From the IMG/VR virus record IMGVR_UViG_3300008120_009089: 64,000 bases of DNA; one strand, 5' to 3'. The notes below the pieces were generated by a model. The model searched no databases, was not told the origin of the DNA, and saw nothing but the letters and a program-made list of their open reading frames with translations. Of the stretch, positions 59,326 through 64,000 are shown one piece after another. The translations under genes were made by a program, and so were the position numbers. Source of the stretch: an uncultured virus (IMG/VR IMGVR_UViG_3300008120_009089) (Duplodnaviria > Heunggongvirae > Uroviricota > Caudoviricetes). Each line of letters opens with the position of its first letter. The stretch's first letter is position 1.

Positions 59326-59373
59326 AATCAGTCTTTTTCACAAAAATAAAAAAATTATTTAATATATACAAAT

Positions 59374-60909
59374 ATGAAACACATAAAGTTATTCGAGGCA
59401 TTTAAATCACAATTATTATCTAAAACATTAAGATATTTATCAAAGGAATCTAAAATACTTTTCTTAAATAAAGTTAAGAGTATTTGTGATGAAATTGATT
59501 TTCCATATTCAGAACTAAAAGATGAATATTTTGAGTATTTAACATTCAATAAAGCTTTTGATAAAGTAGAAGGTAATGATAAAATCTATAAGTTTTGGTT
59601 AGATACCAATGCTAATTTGATAAATATATCTTTAACTGATGGAGTAGCGTTGAAATCCAGAACTGGTTACACAGAAGACAAAGAATATAGCTATTTTAGT
59701 GAATTAAGAGATGATTTTAGGAGTGGATTGATAAACCACTTAGATAAGATATTCATTAATTTTGACGAATTTGATGATGATGTTAAAACACGTGCCACAC
59801 TTTATATTGAACCTAATGGTGATCGAGTAAGGATGTATGCCATTTATAGTGATGAAGATTGTTATTTAGAAGGCTCAGAACCAGATAATGAAGATTGGAC
59901 AGATTGGGGTAATAGATCTTGGAGTTTAGTTGATAGTGATTGGACTATATGGTCATTAAAACCCGAAAATAATGGAGAAGAGTTATGGAATAAAAAAATA
60001 GATTCAAATGACGCATTTACTAAAAAGAGTTTAAGTGAATCACAATTTGCTATCGTTTTTAATACTTCTAAATTAGACACTTCTAAAAATAGAAAGAATA
60101 TTAAATCAAGTAGAGAAGAAATGAGAAGTGGTGCAACAGCATTACTTTCAAATGAAGAAATTAGAAAGACTAATTTTAATAATAGAATATTGAAAATGGC
60201 TAATACTGATAATTTCAACTCATTATTTGATAAGGTACTTTTCAATAAATGGATTATGTTTGATATATCAAACTCAGCTTTAGATTTAGATAAACTAATT
60301 AAAATTAAAGAAGATAAAAATATAGAAGAAGAAGAAGAAAGACCTAACTTTTATATGGATAAATTACGTAAATGGTACTCAACTTTAAATGGTGATTCTA
60401 AAACTGAAGTAACTAAATATTTTTCATCACAAACAGATAGAATTTCAAATGAAATAGGAGATCATAAATCTAGTGATAACGTTAGAGATTTGGCTGCTAA
60501 ATTAACTTTAATAAATTTTAATCAAATTAGTACAAATTTAGATACTGATTTAAAAGTTAAGTTGATTTTTGAAATAATTCAGAGACTACATACTAAAAAA
60601 TCAAAATTCGATAGTTTAACTAAGGGAATGAATAGTGAATTAGGAAAAGAAGTCCTAAATAAAATATTCCAATTAGGTGAACTAGTTACAAAGAAGATAA
60701 AACCTAATATAATAGAAGATTTAGATGATCTTTTTGTTATAAGAAAAAGAATGAATATGATTTTAGATGTTGTTAAAGAAGTTGGTTATCTAGATCAAAT
60801 AAAAACATTAAAAGATATATTAACTGATTCAACACCATCAAATGATGATGAATTAAAATTTTTCAACGAGAATATAGATAAAACAATTAGAATTATAAAT
60901 AAGATTTAA
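59374..60909 (+). CDS. Paralog 4 of the ~520-aa family
   Basis: MKHIKLFEAF; DFPYS, KFW, SW, FAIVF, SGA, EEIRK blocks. Confidence 0.7.
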   Translation: MKHIKLFEAFKSQLLSKTLRYLSKESKILFLNKVKSICDEIDFPYSELKDEYFEYLTFNKAFDKVEGNDKIYKFWLDTNANLINISLTDGVALKSRTGYTEDKEYSYFSELRDDFRSGLINHLDKIFINFDEFDDDVKTRATLYIEPNGDRVRMYAIYSDEDCYLEGSEPDNEDWTDWGNRSWSLVDSDWTIWSLKPENNGEELWNKKIDSNDAFTKKSLSESQFAIVFNTSKLDTSKNRKNIKSSREEMRSGATALLSNEEIRKTNFNNRILKMANTDNFNSLFDKVLFNKWIMFDISNSALDLDKLIKIKEDKNIEEEEERPNFYMDKLRKWYSTLNGDSKTEVTKYFSSQTDRISNEIGDHKSSDNVRDLAAKLTLINFNQISTNLDTDLKVKLIFEIIQRLHTKKSKFDSLTKGMNSELGKEVLNKIFQLGELVTKKIKPNIIEDLDDLFVIRKRMNMILDVVKEVGYLDQIKTLKDILTDSTPSNDDELKFFNENIDKTIRIINKI

Positions 60910-61565
60910 TTATAAAGAATGTTACCAACATCAATAGATGAACTAACATCCATTTCACAATATCTTTTTATATCTTCTAATTTACCTTTATGATAGTATT
61001 TATGTACTTCAGAACCATTCATATTCTCTTTAGGTGACTTAACACCTAATTCATAACAAACTTCATCAAAAGAAAAAGCCCAGGCAAATTTTTGTTTCCA
61101 ATCATCTGCTATATCGACTATTCTAGCATCCCAAGGTTTTTTATCATATAAGTAAATAATATTAGCAGGTTTAATACCATACTTATGAAGTTTATGTAAA
61201 ATGAAAATTAAATCATAATATAAAATTCTATATCCACATAATTTTAAATTTTTTAATTCTACTTTTTTAAGTAATTCATTAAAGTTATTTACAATTTCCT
61301 TCTCATTTTCGCCATAAAAACTTCTTATTTGTTTCTCACCTGATTCACTAACATAACCAAATGATATACAACATATCTTACCATAAGTGGTTATAATACC
61401 ACTTTGCTTTATATAAGCATCATCAACAGAGTCGTATTTTTGATCCCAACTCATTCTTTTATATTTCTCACTAAATAGTTTAGAACCTCTCTCATCTTCT
61501 AAACAAAAGGTTTCATAATCTTTATATGATCCAACACACTCTATGTCAAAATAGAATAACTCCAT
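60906..61565 (-). CDS. Stand-alone DEDDy 3'-5' exonuclease (PolB-exonuclease-like)
   Basis: FDIE, GY.I..YD, YCEMDV. Confidence 0.85.
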   Translation of the reverse strand: MELFYFDIECVGSYKDYETFCLEDERGSKLFSEKYKRMSWDQKYDSVDDAYIKQSGIITTYGKICCISFGYVSESGEKQIRSFYGENEKEIVNNFNELLKKVELKNLKLCGYRILYYDLIFILHKLHKYGIKPANIIYLYDKKPWDARIVDIADDWKQKFAWAFSFDEVCYELGVKSPKENMNGSEVHKYYHKGKLEDIKRYCEMDVSSSIDVGNILYN

Positions 61566-61567
61566 AG

Positions 61568-62302
61568 TTAATAATTTAATTTATCTTTTTTAATATCTCT
61601 ATTCACTTTACTACATAGAGGTTGTAAATTGGTATAATGATTTAGTTTTAAAACTTCATCAATATTAATTGCAGATGATAATGGTACTATATGATCTATA
61701 TCCCATCCATAATTTAATTCACCATTATATAAACCTCTATTATCCCAAGACATCCAATCTTCAAATTTAGATTCTAAATAGGTTTTAAACTCCTCAAATG
61801 AACATCCTAATATGTCATATGTTTTACTAATTTTAGTATAACCACATCTTTTAAAGGATTTAGTAATTAAGTTTTTCACCAAAACTTTAAATTTATATTG
61901 AAAATCATTGTTATACTTATATCTAAGTTTCTCATTTAATTTTTCTCTATTTTCGAACTTATATTTCCTACTCTTAATTTTTATAGTATGTTTATTCTCC
62001 AAATATCTATTTTTAATTCTTTCAATAACCTCCTCTTTTGAGTTATATTTTTTTAATATTTTCGAACGTTTATCTTTGTTATTTTTTACCCATTCATATG
62101 AACGGTCTATAACATCTTGTTTATTATTTTGATAATATTTATCCTTGATAGATTTAACCACTTCAATATTATTACTAATCCATTTTTTATTTCTACTATA
62201 ACAACAATCTTTACAATCTTTACGCAATCCATCCTTAGAGGATTTTCTTTTATAGAAATTTATCTCATCCTTTTCAATATTACAAATACTACAAATTTTC
62301 AT
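61568..62302 (-). CDS. HNH homing endonuclease
   Basis: CSIC...CKDC, DIDHIVP...NHYTNLQPLC...N; same family as 43317-44072. Confidence 0.85.
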   Translation of the reverse strand: MKICSICNIEKDEINFYKRKSSKDGLRKDCKDCCYSRNKKWISNNIEVVKSIKDKYYQNNKQDVIDRSYEWVKNNKDKRSKILKKYNSKEEVIERIKNRYLENKHTIKIKSRKYKFENREKLNEKLRYKYNNDFQYKFKVLVKNLITKSFKRCGYTKISKTYDILGCSFEEFKTYLESKFEDWMSWDNRGLYNGELNYGWDIDHIVPLSSAINIDEVLKLNHYTNLQPLCSKVNRDIKKDKLNY

Positions 62303-62346
62303 TTTATGAAACTTTTTTATTTTATATATAAAAAAGTTTCTCTTTC

Positions 62347-62538
62347 CTAGTATACTTTTTTTATTAATTCTAATACATCTAAAGTACCCTCTCTATATGA
62401 AAACTCCTTTAACCTTCTTTCAGGGAAATTAGAATTTCTCCATTTAGATGATACGGATTTAGTAACTTCGAAATACTCTTCTAATTTTTGATTATATCTT
62501 TTCTGTATGTAAAATTCTATAAAAAATATATCTATCAT
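62347..62538 (-). CDS. Small protein, possibly helix-turn-helix
   Basis: LEEYFEVTKSVSSKWR...P..R. Confidence 0.45.
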   Translation of the reverse strand: MIDIFFIEFYIQKRYNQKLEEYFEVTKSVSSKWRNSNFPERRLKEFSYREGTLDVLELIKKVY

Positions 62539-62566
62539 TCTAATTTATTATTTTTATATATACTCT

Positions 62567-62908
62567 ATGAAAAGAATAAAGTTGTTTGAGGAATTCCAAT
62601 TTTCTTTTAATAAAGAAGATAAGATTAAATCTATTAAAAACCTACACGGTTTACCAAAAGAATTAAAAGAAGTTGCTTATGAACTCGTTAAATATGTGAC
62701 AAGTGTTAAAAAAGGTAAAGTTTTTGGACTAGAATTACACCCAGAATTAAAAAGGAAAATTAAAGAAGGTGGATATCCAAATGGATATGATATGGGTATT
62801 GATAAAGATGGGTATTTTATTCATACTCATAGAGCGCGTAGCAAAAGTCATGATAAACCTAGTGGTATCACAGCTAAAGAAATGAAATTTATAGATTCAA
62901 CTGGTTAA
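62567..62908 (+). CDS. Hypothetical protein with MKRIKLFEEF leader
   Basis: Late-type motif upstream. Confidence 0.6.
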   Translation: MKRIKLFEEFQFSFNKEDKIKSIKNLHGLPKELKEVAYELVKYVTSVKKGKVFGLELHPELKRKIKEGGYPNGYDMGIDKDGYFIHTHRARSKSHDKPSGITAKEMKFIDSTG

Positions 62909-62909
62909 A

Positions 62910-63239
62910 TTATCTTAACATCCAGTCACCAGACTTTATTTCTTTGAAGTTTGAAACATCATGTTTATATTCATAAACCCAACAATCTAAATCAGAAGAT
63001 GTTCTAACCTTTTTTCTAATATATTCATCACCTTCAAATTCATCTAATTTATCAAATACAACAGGATCTATTAAATAAACATCACCAACAACTTTACCTT
63101 CACCACTAACAAAGCCTGGATAAAAGTTATCAACTCTATATAATTTCCCCTTAATTGTAGATTTACCACAAAATGTAGTCTTACCTAAAAGATCTCTAGC
63201 AGAGTCTCTAAACATACCATAAACAAATATATACTCCAT
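62910..63239 (-). CDS. Gamma-glutamylcyclotransferase (AIG2-like)
   Basis: IFVYG, G.LY...YPG, V.G.VY, LDEFEG..Y.R. Confidence 0.88.
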   Translation of the reverse strand: MEYIFVYGMFRDSARDLLGKTTFCGKSTIKGKLYRVDNFYPGFVSGEGKVVGDVYLIDPVVFDKLDEFEGDEYIRKKVRTSSDLDCWVYEYKHDVSNFKEIKSGDWMLR

Positions 63240-63250
63240 AAATGTATATA

Positions 63251-63778
63251 TTAATTTAACAAATCGTTAATTATATGATCTCTATAATCATTAAAATATT
63301 TATTGAATTCTTCAACACCTACTCGGAATTCTTCATTCCTATCATTTAAAATTATTATCATTCCATGATAAATAGGATCCCAACAATAAAGATACTTAAT
63401 ATCTTCGTAAAATCTATATTTTCGACTACCATAATTATAGTCTAACTTACAATATTTTGTACAAATACAAACAAGAAAGTTATAAGTTACTTTTATATTT
63501 TCTCCACTTTTTCTATCCCAATGTCGCTTTATTTCTTGTTTTGATTTCGGGTTATATCCCTTTAATTTTTTAACTCTTTTCCAACCAAGTATTTTATTGT
63601 GTATTTCTTTTTTATCATTATTACACTTTTTGATGAACTCTAATTCATCAATACCTAATCGTTTAGCAAACTTCTCAGGACTAAATCTAGTAAACTTATG
63701 AAAATCGACTAAATTATCTTCGGTTATTTTAGTCTTGATTAAACTATCATATAATGAGTTATATTCTTCTAATGTCAT
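63251..63778 (-). CDS. Hypothetical protein with C-terminal RDHIINDLL tag
   Basis: 175-aa ORF. Confidence 0.6.
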   Translation of the reverse strand: MTLEEYNSLYDSLIKTKITEDNLVDFHKFTRFSPEKFAKRLGIDELEFIKKCNNDKKEIHNKILGWKRVKKLKGYNPKSKQEIKRHWDRKSGENIKVTYNFLVCICTKYCKLDYNYGSRKYRFYEDIKYLYCWDPIYHGMIIILNDRNEEFRVGVEEFNKYFNDYRDHIINDLLN

Positions 63779-64000
63779 TCTAAAAACTTTAAAATCTTAC
63801 TTGATATGTTACATTGTTTTAAACCTTCTCGCTCACGAGTTTTAACGAAATTATCTAATTCACTTAAATCCATATCATCAATAGCAACCCAATGTGTTAC
63901 CTCTGGATGATTACTTAACCATAAGTTAATTTCATCTACTCGTATATCAGCTTTCTTAGTGATTGTTTGAAGTTCTGGTGTGAAATCAATAGGACCTTTT
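63775..64000 (-). CDS. Partial HAD-domain protein (Swiss-Army-Knife RNA-repair-like), 5' end outside window
   Basis: RVDEINLWL..HPEVTHWVAIDD...FV.T...EGL. Confidence 0.7.
   Translation of the reverse strand, partial: KGPIDFTPELQTITKKADIRVDEINLWLSNHPEVTHWVAIDDMDLSELDNFVKTREREGLKQCNISSKILKFLE

Noticed and set aside
5810..62350. Short ORFs in the track nested in or antisense to long genes (e.g. 5810, 6716, 9217, 26806, 28726, 47520, 59862)
   Set aside because: Shadow frames of real genes, with no motifs or promoters.
1..64000. Stop-codon reassignment
   Set aside because: Conserved genes are full length in the standard code, and TAA, TAG and TGA all end genes.
1..64000. Eukaryotic giant virus or bacterial chromosome origin
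   Set aside because: bS21, TAnnTTTG boxes, rho-independent terminators and coupled operons indicate a bacterial host; T4-like late motif, fibre genes and many homing endonucleases indicate a phage.

Overview
Very AT-rich, densely coding segment of a large T4-like/jumbo bacteriophage that probably infects Bacteroidota. Support for the host: Bacteroidota-type bS21, GluRS and CobB; nine TAnnTTTG host-type promoter boxes; no obvious Shine-Dalgarno use; rho-independent terminators; standard code. A second motif, TAATATATA, precedes structural genes, homing endonucleases and proteins with a T4-like capsid-targeting leader, and is probably the late promoter. Recognisable genes: Rad50/SbcC (gp46-like), bS21, DnaJ, Sir2/CobB, PhoH with a LAGLIDADG intein, M28 peptidase, Nudix, ligase-like nucleotidyltransferase, atypical tRNA-Cys, GluRS, SLOG, metallophosphoesterase, ppGpp-hydrolase-like HD protein, 3'-5' exonuclease, GGCT, five free-standing endonucleases, three giant W/G-repeat + P-domain virion proteins and four paralogous ~520-aa putative internal head proteins. 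Two things stand out. (1) The Rad50 gene is fractured in Walker A by an atypically split Ser1/Ser+1 intein, with a free-standing endonuclease between the halves. (2) A set of mini-proteins each carry a short hallmark fragment of a core protein (major capsid, portal x3, terminase Walker A, PolB motif B, UVR domain, SSB tail), mostly joined to a shared R-x-x-K-[IL]-x-x-[IL] tag; this is a candidate decoy/mimic system. All family calls are by eye from motifs and no database search was run.
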